Both the position numbers and the translations under genes were made by a program. A stretch of 42,411 bases of DNA from a virus. Its lineage: Duplodnaviria > Caudoviricetes. The stretch spans positions 1 to 42,411 of IMG/VR virus record IMGVR_UViG_3300046778_000114. The stretch is one strand, 5' to 3'. Position 1 is the first letter of the stretch. Each line of letters begins with the position of its first letter. Positions 24,101 to 33,316 of the stretch are shown piece by piece. The notes beneath the pieces are model-generated. The model was given only the letters and a program-made list of their open reading frames with translations. It had not been told where the DNA came from and did no database searches.

Positions 24101-25063
24101 ACTTTGATCTAGAGTTTCAGTAACAACCGCAAACTGTCCGTAGTAAGGTTTAACAAGGGACTCAACAGTCCCACCTTCTGACGTGTTAATTCCCTTTACG
24201 TTTCCTTCCATACGAAGGCCGCCACTATCGCTTAACTGTGACATCCCCCAAGAAGCTTCTTTATCTATATCTTGGTTGATAACTCGAGAAACAGGTCCAA
24301 GCCAATCCGCTGTTTTCATTGCCTTTGAATCTTTAAGTTTACCAGCGTATTCTTTTGCTACGGCAGCCGCGCCCATTGAGCCTGGTATGGCTCCTTGAAC
24401 CGTTACAACATACGTACCAGCCTCGGCTTCAAGTTGTTTAGTGAGTGCGGAAAGTTCCCCTTTACTCATAACACTAACCGCGCCCCCAAGAATGCCGCCG
24501 AGTACTGTTCCAGCGGAAATGGCCAACGCACTTTCCCCTGCCGTCCGTGTTTCTTGCTGCATCTGAAGCGGGATTTCTTGCAGCGCCGTACCTGCACCAA
24601 CTAACGCCGCGCCCTTGGCAACCGCAGCCGTCCCTTTTGCCTGCCCGATAAAAGGAATGAACAATGTTGGATCAGCAATTCCCATAGCGAGTCTAAGTAC
24701 TGTACCTGTCATTCCTGCTTGTTCCAGCGTCTGTGCTGCTTTTTGTTCCTCTTTAATCTTACCAACAATCCGCAAAAAGTCTGAGTCATTTCGCGCTCCG
24801 AGAAAGTTAGCGCGGTAATCATTAAACAGATTAGTTCCGTTTTCTTTATCCCACTCTTGCATTCTTTTAACTGAACTAAAGTTAAAATCAACAAGCGAAG
24901 GTGGTGCATTAGCTTCTAATACAAGATTATACGCAGCAAGTACACTGCTGTCTAATGTAGCGGCGGCACTTACTGTTTCACCAAAAGTCGGTGCAACTTT
25001 CTCTGGCTTAGGCTGGTAGCCAGAGCTAAATCCCAGGTTATCATTTTGTTCTACAAATTCCAT
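21113..25063 (-). CDS. Large internal virion (DNA ejection) protein
   Basis: 1316 aa, helical and coiled-coil; occupies the T7 gp16-like position before the tail fibre; GQFKSF motif. Confidence 0.75.
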   Translation of the reverse strand: MEFVEQNDNLGFSSGYQPKPEKVAPTFGETVSAAATLDSSVLAAYNLVLEANAPPSLVDFNFSSVKRMQEWDKENGTNLFNDYRANFLGARNDSDFLRIVGKIKEEQKAAQTLEQAGMTGTVLRLAMGIADPTLFIPFIGQAKGTAAVAKGAALVGAGTALQEIPLQMQQETRTAGESALAISAGTVLGGILGGAVSVMSKGELSALTKQLEAEAGTYVVTVQGAIPGSMGAAAVAKEYAGKLKDSKAMKTADWLGPVSRVINQDIDKEASWGMSQLSDSGGLRMEGNVKGINTSEGGTVESLVKPYYGQFAVVTETLDQSYAKHIYGENSVPGLFPNLRAGVKGLLDPNKFSKSEFREEVTKALFNGDLHEMKEVAEVAKDIRTRIFDPMLKEAQNVKLFGEMKPMKDASYFHRMYDTYKIKANQNNFIELLSGEYAKKLNEEFGEKLARLTEKERRDTNLIADLVRPKEEVAAMQEQFTGEKAALEAGRNADLVGVEDQISALRSQARLAAKTGDKEAATDALAQAKELEKNAGKDLSSLREQRAEINRRLAGLSKAASVLEERQLKKFTEINKIDDFNFNQFERIARTGQKVLNKLETVSDKELGKLLKGLGNDFAEMEGRLTKSEGRVARLLEAENPDMQRLLQAESVSVKQTGQLSDIAARMEELDTIDRAALRNDIREALELLKERSLELTKNRIARQGRLEEAAAKLSPEASAARLAGIKTQGQLRRETFLEKSRLGGAANIDFNARTADFAQYARELATDTTNKIIGTQSRIPLQEILSSPRGAEMARVLDIESNLLMDYLEKDVEKVIRAYLRTMAPDIELKRKFGSVTAQPLFDKMIQNYNSKVEKLGILQKEGKMTAEQLSKEESILKKNLEDNQRDLNAVIGRLRGTWGIPDDPDAIPYRMGKAVMNLNVLRLMGGTLISSIPDAARVVQRYGLTRTFRDGFTPLITNLSTLKLSAREAKLSGGALDAIMHTRAQSVNDVLDDYGRHSKFERGLEYATNQMGAVALFDKWTVAMKQFSASVIIGKMTDSLDIVVGGVKANAKDTAEAIEFLAAKGLNGPLGRRVYDQLLTPEGGNRIKRVLYPNTEAWVDAEATRVFRGALASEMGNTIITPGVERPLWIDSSMTGRMLGQFKSFGMSSTYKILLSGIQQRDAAFFNGTMVSFGLGALSYYLSAVSAGGESYEKMLKAPPGKWADEAIARSGILGIFSDGQRFLERIPATQPYVSFSGDRTSRRGGDGALEVILGPSYGLAKTANKVLTGLDEPTQSTLKSIRQMMPWQNLILWRNILDEIEKNAGQNLPEKRN

Positions 25064-25082
25064 TTTGCTGTTTCCTTCGTTA

Positions 25083-28000
25083 CTATAGTGGAGAAGAATA
25101 TGTAGATTGTAGCTGGTCTAAGTACTGTTTACTTTTTTCTTTTTCCTCTTTTGCTAAAAAAGGTTTCTGTAACTCAAACCGCTCTTGTACTCTTCTAGCA
25201 TATTCCGCTCTAATTTCTTTTGGGACTGGAATTTGTTCTTTGAAAGCGGAACTAAATGGAGTTTCTTTTTCACCTGTTGGTAAAGAAGGGACAGGATCCA
25301 TAGCCCCTGTTCTTCCTATTTCAGCAAAAAATAAATCATTTTTAGCTATTGCTTCTTCTCTTGTTGCGTAGTCAAGGTCGGCTTGTATATCTGTTGGTTT
25401 TGGAGTAAATCTAACCCGTTTAGGTCTGCCTTTTTCATCAAAGACTCCTGCATGAGGAACCCCGTTGGCGTCGAGTTTTATAATATCATACGAGGGCAAA
25501 GGTCCTCTTCCTTCTTTCCACGCCTTATGTTCGAGTCTCGTTTGTTCTGTTGTTATCAGTTCATACTTTTCTTTTGGCTTGAGCTTAAGTCTTTCCCGAA
25601 TATCTTTATCAATCCAGTCAAAACTTCCACCAAGCGATCGATACCCTGCATTTTGCGGCGGCAGTTCCATCAGGATCTTTCCGTTTCCGCCGAGCTCGCT
25701 AACTCCAAAACGTTCTTTAACTCGCTCTTTAACTACCTTAGTAGCCGCATCCTCTTTTCCTGTTTTTATATACTCGGTAAGCCAAAGTTCTTCTGAGAAC
25801 CTTTCGATCGCCGTAGACATTGCAGCGGATTTTCCAAGCTGCGGTGCTGAGGAAAACCAGCCATCAAAGTCTCCCACAATTTCTTTTACGAGCGCGTCAA
25901 TCTTCGGAACTTTCCCGCTTTTTGTTGCGAGAAGTTTCTCCCCGTCTTTTCTTCTCATCTCAGAGGCAACGCGTTCTTCCTGACTGTTCCCGCCGTTGAT
26001 CGTGCGGATAAGTTCGTCCATCGGCACAGTGTTCTTTAGTGCTTGATACCGACTGACATCGTTCTTTGTTTCCTCGCTGATCCGGTCGGAATACGCTCGA
26101 GGTGAATTGTGCTGTAACTGGGTAAGGGAGTCAAGCGCATATTCTACCTGGCTTTGATCACGAGAGCGGATCATGCCGGTAAGCGTTCCAACTACGTCAG
26201 TAGGAATGTCGCGGGATCGTTCTACTACAGGGATAACAAAGTCAGTAAGATATGCTTTATCTTTTTGACCGAGGGCCTGTTGTCCTCTTTCCCCAATCAA
26301 GGCATTAAGCATCTTTTTATCTTCACTGTCAGTTGGCGACCAAACCGCTCCATTAGTCCCAAGCTTCTGCATCGCAGCTTGTTCCAGAGAAATTCCTTCC
26401 GCTTTCCTATTGAGTATCTCAGTTGCTTTTTTAATTCCCTCGTAGTCAGTAAGTATTCCCTGCATACGGGCGTTGTCAATATCAGCCTGTCCAGCTTTCC
26501 CATCAAACAGATCTGTGTAAAGTTTATTCCTTTGCTGCGTCATTGCAATTTGTTCTTGCTGAAGCTGGGCGTTTGATTGTGCCGCAGCTTCCCGTTGTCC
26601 ATCGGCGCGGAGAGAAACGCGATCTTCGTACGTAAGCGCACTGTAACGCGGATCAGTATCTAGTGCATCCTTGTTTCCGTCCGCCGCACGAGCCCAACCT
26701 CGTTGCACCGCTGCCGTCATAGCTGGCGCTGCAGTAGCCGATGTTTTATCCGGTCCCCATACAGCACGACTTCCGCCTCCCACATGCATTCCCCAGCTGT
26801 AGTGCCCGATCCCTGTAAAACCCTGTGCCGCCAGTTCTTCTGCCGCCCGTTCATAAAGCTTTGGATCTTCTTTAGGGGTTACTGGTTTTCCGCCCCGCGT
26901 GAGAACAAAGTCTGTTGTGTTGGCTTCACCTTTCTCGTTTACATCATGCCGGTGCGAGCCATACGCTTTTCCAGTAAAAGGATCTTGTCCTCCAGAAGTA
27001 ATTTTGATCCCAAGGTCAGGGGCGATATTTTTAAGCGCAGGCATAACCCGCTCAATGTATTCCTTAGTCGGAGGGATTGCACGAATTTTTCCTTGCAAAT
27101 CGTACTCGACGCCAGGTACTCGCCAATATCCTTGTTCGTCTTTTACTGCAGCTTCGCCTGCTGGAATTGGGGCATCGCCCATTTTTCTTTGCGCCCACGC
27201 CTTAAGCCCTGCAACGGTGGATGCATTAGAAAAGACTTCTTTATTTGCTTTCATAGAAGCGGAGTCGACTACTGTCTCAAGCGGCTGATCTTCTCGAGCA
27301 GTGAGCACACGCTTTGCCCCTTCAGCACCGAGAAAATGTGCGAGGTAAATGTTAGAAGGAGACGGAACGATCCCATTCTTCCGCAAGCTTTTCGCGTTCT
27401 CAATTGTAAAGTTCGTCAATACTTCGCGCTGTAGTTTAGGATCGAGTTTAAGCGCGAAAAGGTTTTCATCTGGCTGGCCTTGCGTGAGATCTGGTCGTGT
27501 CTTACGCAGTTGTTCAACCCAAGTAGAGTCTATGAATTGACCAAGGCCTGAAGCAGATGACTTCGGATTTTTCGCATTCGGGTTGCCCCCACTTTCAGCC
27601 CCGATTATGCGATCAACGAAAACCGAGACCGCGCCTTCAACCGGCGTGTTTGCAGGGGTGAACGTACCATTAGCAGAGGAGCGTTTGTAGTGAACCTGTT
27701 GCAGCCCTCGCTCAACATTCCGCTTTATTTCCTCTTTCTCGATAACCGAAAGCCCGCTTTTATCAATCGTTTCAAAGACTCGAGCGCGTTCAGCATCATA
27801 TAAGTCGGGTGTCTGATTAATTGTAATTTTCGATCTCGAAGTTTCATCGTCAATTCCTGTTTTATAAAACGCCCTGCCGGCGACCGTTTCGAATTGTGAG
27901 GCATCTACAACACGTTGCCCGCGCATACCCTCGAGTTTGTATCCATACTCCGCTTTGCTTCGCTCTGCCACTGTTCCGAGAAATTCGTTGAACCGTTTGT

Positions 28001-28316
28001 TAAACGCGCCTTCGATCCGCTCACGAACACCGACACCAGAGGGCGGCGCGGCTTTCTTTATTCCATCGACTTCGAGCGCGAACTCGGTGTTCTGCTCTGT
28101 AAGGCGGCGTGCCGTTTCAAAGTCCTCTACTTTTTCTCGTTGTGTTTTTTCCTCAACAAGAAACGCGTTGCCAAGTTTTTGTGCACCTTCCCCGAGGTTG
28201 ACGATGCCTTGCGCCGTGGCTGAACCAAAGGATGCAGCGGTCGCAGAGCCGTCAAGCGAGGCAAGTCCTCGTTCTGTTGGCTGAGTGCGCGTAGATACGG
28301 TAGTAGGTATTTTCAT
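25083..28316 (-). CDS. Internal virion protein with lytic transglycosylase and putative M15-like peptidase domains
   Basis: IIGAESGGNPNAKNPKSSASGLGQFIDSTW and YLAHFLG (SLT/lysozyme-like); ITSG...GSHRHD...TDF...GIGHY..GMHVG (Zn peptidase-like). Confidence 0.8.
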   Translation of the reverse strand: MKIPTTVSTRTQPTERGLASLDGSATAASFGSATAQGIVNLGEGAQKLGNAFLVEEKTQREKVEDFETARRLTEQNTEFALEVDGIKKAAPPSGVGVRERIEGAFNKRFNEFLGTVAERSKAEYGYKLEGMRGQRVVDASQFETVAGRAFYKTGIDDETSRSKITINQTPDLYDAERARVFETIDKSGLSVIEKEEIKRNVERGLQQVHYKRSSANGTFTPANTPVEGAVSVFVDRIIGAESGGNPNAKNPKSSASGLGQFIDSTWVEQLRKTRPDLTQGQPDENLFALKLDPKLQREVLTNFTIENAKSLRKNGIVPSPSNIYLAHFLGAEGAKRVLTAREDQPLETVVDSASMKANKEVFSNASTVAGLKAWAQRKMGDAPIPAGEAAVKDEQGYWRVPGVEYDLQGKIRAIPPTKEYIERVMPALKNIAPDLGIKITSGGQDPFTGKAYGSHRHDVNEKGEANTTDFVLTRGGKPVTPKEDPKLYERAAEELAAQGFTGIGHYSWGMHVGGGSRAVWGPDKTSATAAPAMTAAVQRGWARAADGNKDALDTDPRYSALTYEDRVSLRADGQREAAAQSNAQLQQEQIAMTQQRNKLYTDLFDGKAGQADIDNARMQGILTDYEGIKKATEILNRKAEGISLEQAAMQKLGTNGAVWSPTDSEDKKMLNALIGERGQQALGQKDKAYLTDFVIPVVERSRDIPTDVVGTLTGMIRSRDQSQVEYALDSLTQLQHNSPRAYSDRISEETKNDVSRYQALKNTVPMDELIRTINGGNSQEERVASEMRRKDGEKLLATKSGKVPKIDALVKEIVGDFDGWFSSAPQLGKSAAMSTAIERFSEELWLTEYIKTGKEDAATKVVKERVKERFGVSELGGNGKILMELPPQNAGYRSLGGSFDWIDKDIRERLKLKPKEKYELITTEQTRLEHKAWKEGRGPLPSYDIIKLDANGVPHAGVFDEKGRPKRVRFTPKPTDIQADLDYATREEAIAKNDLFFAEIGRTGAMDPVPSLPTGEKETPFSSAFKEQIPVPKEIRAEYARRVQERFELQKPFLAKEEKEKSKQYLDQLQSTYSSPL

Positions 28317-28813
28317 AGTAATGTCTCCGCTTTCTTAAACTTACTCGCAGAGGAAAGTAAACTCCCTCCTGCCGAGATCCATGAACCAAGAAGAGCGCTG
28401 CTCCCCTGAGCTTTTGCCAAACGTGCGCCGGCTTCTTGGTTCACCGCTTGTGTTTTGTATGTATACGCTTCCATCTCACCAGCTTGCCGAACGTTAAGCG
28501 CGTCACGGCGGCCAAGTTCCGCAGCGCCCTTCCGAGTAAGAATTTGTGAGCCACCAGAAAGACTAAGGCCGCTTGCCCCCTGAAGCGCTTCTTGCATCCC
28601 GATCTGCGCTTGCGTAAGACGATCTTGATCTTGTTGTTCGATTTGAGACCGCTCGATTGCACGGTTTGCATTTTCCTGTGCGATCTGTGCATTAATCCGC
28701 GCGACTTGTGCTTGATAGTCGGAAGCATTTTTCTGCGCCATGCCTCCCATGATAGTGCCACCTGCTGATGCAAGTGCCCCACCAACTGCTGCGATTACAG
28801 CTAATTCAGCCAT
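28313..28813 (-). CDS. Small internal virion protein (T7 gp14-like position)
   Basis: Ala/Gly/Gln-rich with hydrophobic N-terminus; GASGL..GS motif; conserved position. Confidence 0.75.
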   Translation of the reverse strand: MAELAVIAAVGGALASAGGTIMGGMAQKNASDYQAQVARINAQIAQENANRAIERSQIEQQDQDRLTQAQIGMQEALQGASGLSLSGGSQILTRKGAAELGRRDALNVRQAGEMEAYTYKTQAVNQEAGARLAKAQGSSALLGSWISAGGSLLSSASKFKKAETLL

Positions 28814-29222
28814 TGTTTACCTCATAAAATTGAAAACTGCGCCCGTGAATAGTTGTGAACTTTTCAAGCGGGACAAAGCCACAGACGGAAGCAAAGCGAT
28901 GACCAGCGGTATATCCGACCTCAACAACTGTTTGAAGGTGAGGGAACATCGGGGAAATTGCTTTTATTACTTTACAAAGTTCACGTGCGTGCCAACGATC
29001 AACAGAGGAGTTAAGCAAAAGCCACAACAACGGAGGGGAAAGAAGGGCGAAGCGGATTATTCCTGCGTGTCCTATGCAGTTATCGCCTACGTAAATCGCC
29101 CGAGATAGTGTGCTTTTTTTCAAAAGTTCTTCATCGAAAAGCGAAAACTCTTTCGCAGCATGTACCAAGAGTTTGCTTTCTAAATCAGAAGGAAAAGAGG
29201 TAAAGGGGACGAGCTTAATCAT
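28806..29222 (-). CDS. GNAT-like virion assembly protein (T7 gp13-like position)
   Basis: Position after the nozzle gene; C-terminal HRFASVCGF resembles the GNAT 'xxFxxxxGF' motif. Confidence 0.55.
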   Translation of the reverse strand: MIKLVPFTSFPSDLESKLLVHAAKEFSLFDEELLKKSTLSRAIYVGDNCIGHAGIIRFALLSPPLLWLLLNSSVDRWHARELCKVIKAISPMFPHLQTVVEVGYTAGHRFASVCGFVPLEKFTTIHGRSFQFYEVNNG

Positions 29223-31971
29223 CGCCGACCTCCATACTTAGCACGTGGCCGAGGATTGAAACGGGAAGCGGATCTTCAACCACGAAGTAAGTTTGCCCCT
29301 CCGTATTCCACTCCGGCTCAATTGCGGAATATCGCATATCAGAGTGAGGAAGGATTGGCTCACCAGCTAGTTCTACTGTGCGATCTTTTGCCTCGTAAAG
29401 GGAAGTTAAACTGCTTCCGGTTTTCAGTCCACGGCTGTTGTTGACCCGAGTGGCCACTCCAACAACCCGCTTCCGTTTTCCCTCCACAATTACACCCGAG
29501 GCCGTCGCCGGAAGTGTCTGCACAACGCACTTGTACGGAATGCCAATGATCGCCCGAACAACCCCTATTGGAAGAGTGATAGTGCCGTTAACAACAGTAA
29601 GAGGCGTGAACACGTTTCCGTCCCCAAGGATAGAAACAGTTTCACCCTCGAGATGCCACAAGCCCCGGATAACTGTGACAGGTTGGTCTTTAGTCCAAGA
29701 GCCAGAAGCGCTTACAATTGGAGTAGTGGTTTGAGGGATAAAGGAAGTGAAGGCTTGCAAGACGCAAAAAGTAACTTGTGTTGTGGAGATGTAGGTTTCG
29801 ATCCGAACCTTGCCGCCGGCTGCAAAGATAATCGCCCCTATGTCGGCAGGGGAAAATACTGCAGCACTAGCCGTTGCGGTTGTGCCGGAGACCGTAAGAC
29901 TTGCAGCTGGGTACGAAGGTGTAAGGGCAAGGGCGCAGTCGAGCCCCCATGCATCCTCGATCTTCGTGAACTCTCTTTCCGCTTCTTGCTCGATGTAGCG
30001 AACAGTCTTTCCGTTTATCGTCCTCACCACATCGAGGTAAACGCGGTCAAGGCGATCTTCCCGTACTGTAATAGCCTGCTTGTAAAAGCCTTTAGTCGAT
30101 GCGAGAGTCCATGCGAAAATGTTCTGGTCTTTAACAATTGTTCCGAGTAGCCTGTAACCGTCCTCACGGATCGCGTGCACGAGTTTGTACGGCTCTTGTG
30201 CGTAAGTCCACGAGATAATCTCTTTACCTTTTCCAAAGAAGTGGGAGGAAAGAATTGATATATCTGTGCCGGCGTAAAGTTTTGCCAGATCGTTATAGGC
30301 GAGTTGCCGAACTGTGTACCCTTTGCTTTCGACGTAGAGGACATCAGTCTCAATACGGATCGGGGTCAGGTTTGAGATGCCGGTGAAGGACTGAGGCTCG
30401 GCAAGAGCGTTTGTCGGTGTGACTGCATTTTGATTTCCGCCGGAAAGCTGCCAGATGCCAATGTTGTTCATGACAAGAAGGCCGCCACGGGTTGGAAACA
30501 GGTGACGGATTAAAGAAACTTTTGCGGCATCGACTTCGAAATCGTAACTGTCGTTATCAACTACAATTGAAGAAGTGTCAAAGTTATTAAACCGCTTCGG
30601 GCGCGATCCCCATATGCCGAGTGGAGCAGCTAACGTTCCGGCGTACACTTGACGTTGCTGAAATACAGCGGAAACAGCTGGGTAATTTTGACCAACAGGC
30701 CCGACCTCGGTTGTGAACACTGTTCCCGTTCCGATAGAAAGGTTCACAACAGGTGCGGTATAGTTTTTCCCGCCGTTAACTACAATAGCGCCGAGAACCT
30801 GCCCTGCGGAAGATATAACAGCGTAACCGCTGAAACCTGTTCCAGTTGGATCTGTTATAGAAAGAACAGAAGAAGTTGTATAACCTGTTCCTGAGGAGGC
30901 TACATTGATCCAGAGAATTGCGCCGTCCTCAAAAGGGTTGTTAAACTGAGGCGGCATCTTGGTGAAGTTAGGGATTATGTTTGTGTCGAGAAAAAGAGTG
31001 CCGAAAGCCCGCCCAAGAAAACCTAACTGCATTGAACGAGTTACTCTTGCCCCGTCTACTGCGACAGTTGAGCGATAGACGTTGTAGTACGCCGTGCCAG
31101 GTACAGGTGACCAAAAAACTTCGAATGAACCTGCGGTGACGGTAAAGTTAACAGTGTTCTGTACTACAAGGGAAGCGGAAGGAAGACTTTCCGCGCCAGA
31201 GTAATCTACAGCTGTAACAGCATAAACTACACCCGCACTGCCAGGGGAAGAAGAACTGCCCCCGATAGAGGAAGGAGCGGGGACTTGGGAGTTAAAAACA
31301 GTTTCGCCAATTGTCCAACTATCAGCTGCGAGACGAGTAAGATCCCGTGTCTTGTATCCGTAGTGTGTGAGGCGAAGGGTGTCACGAATTTGCTCTACGT
31401 TCAGGTCGGGAAGATCTGTATGCGTGTATGGAGAAGGGAGAGTGTACACGCGGGCAAAAGTGCCGGACACGAAAGCGGTTGCGTCAGTTACCGTATTGCC
31501 AAACTGATCTTTCAGACTGAATGTGTTTGCAGAAAGAACGGTTATCTCGAAAAGTCGGCCGGCGTATGACACAGGGCCTGTTATGGAAGGGAACCGCCCG
31601 AGATCACCGGTAGTGTAACCGTGAGAGGCAATCGTTACAACTCCGCTCGCCAGCACGGTAACGGTTTTCGCTGTCTCAAGAATATAGTTTCCCTCTTGTG
31701 TGAAGCGGATGTAGCCGTTACCGAAGATGACAAAGTTTGTATTCGCAACGTTAGAGGAGAACTCGAAAGGAAACCAGCGAATTGTGTCGTTAGGGAACTG
31801 CTGCCATTCTTTGAACTCAGTACCTGGTCGGGTGGAAATCCCTCCACGGTAATCAACAAACCAGTCCCGCGCGAGGGCAAGCCCGAGATCGAACTTCTCG
31901 AGATCACTGCGGGAGTAAAGCTTGGGGGAAAGTTCGCCGGAAACGTAAGCGTACTGGATCACATTAGACAT
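29215..31971 (-). CDS. Tail tubular protein B / nozzle
   Basis: SGELSPKLYSRSDL...GGISTRPGT N-terminus; YPAVSAVFQQR; GLWHLEGETV; DPLPVSIL C-terminus. Confidence 0.88.
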   Translation of the reverse strand: MSNVIQYAYVSGELSPKLYSRSDLEKFDLGLALARDWFVDYRGGISTRPGTEFKEWQQFPNDTIRWFPFEFSSNVANTNFVIFGNGYIRFTQEGNYILETAKTVTVLASGVVTIASHGYTTGDLGRFPSITGPVSYAGRLFEITVLSANTFSLKDQFGNTVTDATAFVSGTFARVYTLPSPYTHTDLPDLNVEQIRDTLRLTHYGYKTRDLTRLAADSWTIGETVFNSQVPAPSSIGGSSSSPGSAGVVYAVTAVDYSGAESLPSASLVVQNTVNFTVTAGSFEVFWSPVPGTAYYNVYRSTVAVDGARVTRSMQLGFLGRAFGTLFLDTNIIPNFTKMPPQFNNPFEDGAILWINVASSGTGYTTSSVLSITDPTGTGFSGYAVISSAGQVLGAIVVNGGKNYTAPVVNLSIGTGTVFTTEVGPVGQNYPAVSAVFQQRQVYAGTLAAPLGIWGSRPKRFNNFDTSSIVVDNDSYDFEVDAAKVSLIRHLFPTRGGLLVMNNIGIWQLSGGNQNAVTPTNALAEPQSFTGISNLTPIRIETDVLYVESKGYTVRQLAYNDLAKLYAGTDISILSSHFFGKGKEIISWTYAQEPYKLVHAIREDGYRLLGTIVKDQNIFAWTLASTKGFYKQAITVREDRLDRVYLDVVRTINGKTVRYIEQEAEREFTKIEDAWGLDCALALTPSYPAASLTVSGTTATASAAVFSPADIGAIIFAAGGKVRIETYISTTQVTFCVLQAFTSFIPQTTTPIVSASGSWTKDQPVTVIRGLWHLEGETVSILGDGNVFTPLTVVNGTITLPIGVVRAIIGIPYKCVVQTLPATASGVIVEGKRKRVVGVATRVNNSRGLKTGSSLTSLYEAKDRTVELAGEPILPHSDMRYSAIEPEWNTEGQTYFVVEDPLPVSILGHVLSMEVGDD

Positions 31972-32638
31972 TCGACACCGCCGTAATCATCGGACCAGCC
32001 GCGTAAATGTAGCGAGGCGTTGAGTTAGAATAGATACTTCCCCTTGCCGCGATCCAATCCGGCGGAACGTCGAGGGGCTCGTAGCTTTCATTCGCCGCTT
32101 GCTCTCGAGATGTGAGGATCAGGGAATTAGCTTGCGCCTGTGCGCGAGCGGCCATCTGGGCTTTGCCGTTGAGTGGAAGGCAAATATACGCGCCGAGGGC
32201 GTGGGCGATTGAAAGATACAGGTCGGGCGACCACATTGAGATCAAGGTCTGGTCGAATGTATAGTAAAGAAGGGCGGCTTCACTGTTCGTCATCAACGCG
32301 CTTTCGTTCTCTGAAAGAAGCGAGATATCGAAACGGGCATAGTCTACGAGGTAACGTGCTTGAAGATAGCGAAAGGGAAGGGCGTATGCGAAACGGTACT
32401 CTGGGTTCGGATCGCCGGCTACCCACGTTTCTACTGTGCGTTCGGTTTTCAAAGCAAGTCGGGCTTGTGCACGAGCGGCTGCCCAAGGTGCGGCGCGAAG
32501 TACCTGCCGCCTGACAGGTTCATACCACAGGCGGCAGATCTCTGCTTCACGAGATTGTTCGGTCGGACTGCTTATTTTAGAGCGAGCCCCTGCAATACTC
32601 AATGCGAGATTGTAAAGGGTAACTTCATCCTGAGCCAT
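31964..32638 (-). CDS. Tail tubular protein A / head-tail adaptor
   Basis: NLALSIAGA..ISS..E.S.EA..C..WYEPVRRQVLRAAPW..A; AYALP. Confidence 0.88.
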   Translation of the reverse strand: MAQDEVTLYNLALSIAGARSKISSPTEQSREAEICRLWYEPVRRQVLRAAPWAAARAQARLALKTERTVETWVAGDPNPEYRFAYALPFRYLQARYLVDYARFDISLLSENESALMTNSEAALLYYTFDQTLISMWSPDLYLSIAHALGAYICLPLNGKAQMAARAQAQANSLILTSREQAANESYEPLDVPPDWIAARGSIYSNSTPRYIYAAGPMITAVSNV

Positions 32639-32653
32639 CCGACCGAACCTTTG

Positions 32654-32833
32654 TTAAAGTTTTTTAGTAACTTCTTCTTTAGAAGGGGCTTTGAAAGGAA
32701 CACCGTCTACAGTTGCATCTGATGGGAGGGCGGAAAGGACACTCGCATCTTCAATGTTGTACGGACCTTTTTTGGCGATCCAGAAAGTCCCGTTACTATC
32801 GTAAAAGTCTCGTTTAAAATTTACTTTTGCCAT
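32654..32833 (-). CDS. 59-aa hypothetical virion-module protein
   Basis: Hand translation MAKVNFKRDFYDSNGTFWIAKKGPYNIEDASVLSALPSDATVDGVPFKAPSKEEVTKKL; AAGGA RBS. Confidence 0.7.
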   Translation of the reverse strand: MAKVNFKRDFYDSNGTFWIAKKGPYNIEDASVLSALPSDATVDGVPFKAPSKEEVTKKL

Positions 32834-32844
32834 TTTATTTTTCC

Positions 32845-33300
32845 TTAGTTAACTGCGTCAGGGTAAGCTGTCCAACCTGCAGGGGCGAGTGTGAGAAAAG
32901 CGTTAAGTTTTCCGGCTGTGAAAGCAGCCGTTCCTGTTGTTTGTAAGATACCGAGGTAGCGTTCGTAAACCGGCCCCTGAAGTGGAAGCGGAATAACGAA
33001 ACGGTTTGCTGTTGTTAAGCCACTTAGTGCCTGTGCCCCCGTTTGCGCGTGAACAGTAGCTGATCCATCTGTTGCAATAGCCGCCTGTGCGTCTGAAGCA
33101 AGGATGAAGTTACCTGTAGCAGCTCCAGCGGAAGTTGCCGCAGTATCTACTGTGATAACAAGGTACATAGGCTGCCCGTTTCCGAGATCGCCCGAAGCTA
33201 CTGCTCCAAGATCGATAACGTCGCCGAGTAAGTAAGTACCTGCTGCACCTGTGTTAAGGGGAGTGGCATCGAGAAATTCAGTTCTTTCATCAATAAGCAT
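32845..33300 (-). CDS. Capsid cement/decoration protein (BPP-1 Bbp16-like)
   Basis: MLID...DVIDLG..GDLGNG.PMYLVITV...RYLGI...GKLNAFL; immediately follows the major capsid gene. Confidence 0.85.
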   Translation of the reverse strand: MLIDERTEFLDATPLNTGAAGTYLLGDVIDLGAVASGDLGNGQPMYLVITVDTAATSAGAATGNFILASDAQAAIATDGSATVHAQTGAQALSGLTTANRFVIPLPLQGPVYERYLGILQTTGTAAFTAGKLNAFLTLAPAGWTAYPDAVN

Positions 33301-33316
33301 TTTCAATTCTTTCCTA

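Noticed and set aside
21113-25063. 1316-aa protein as a virion RNA polymerase
   Set aside because: No single-subunit or DxDGD-type RNAP motifs were seen; size, coiled-coil content and position fit an ejection protein.
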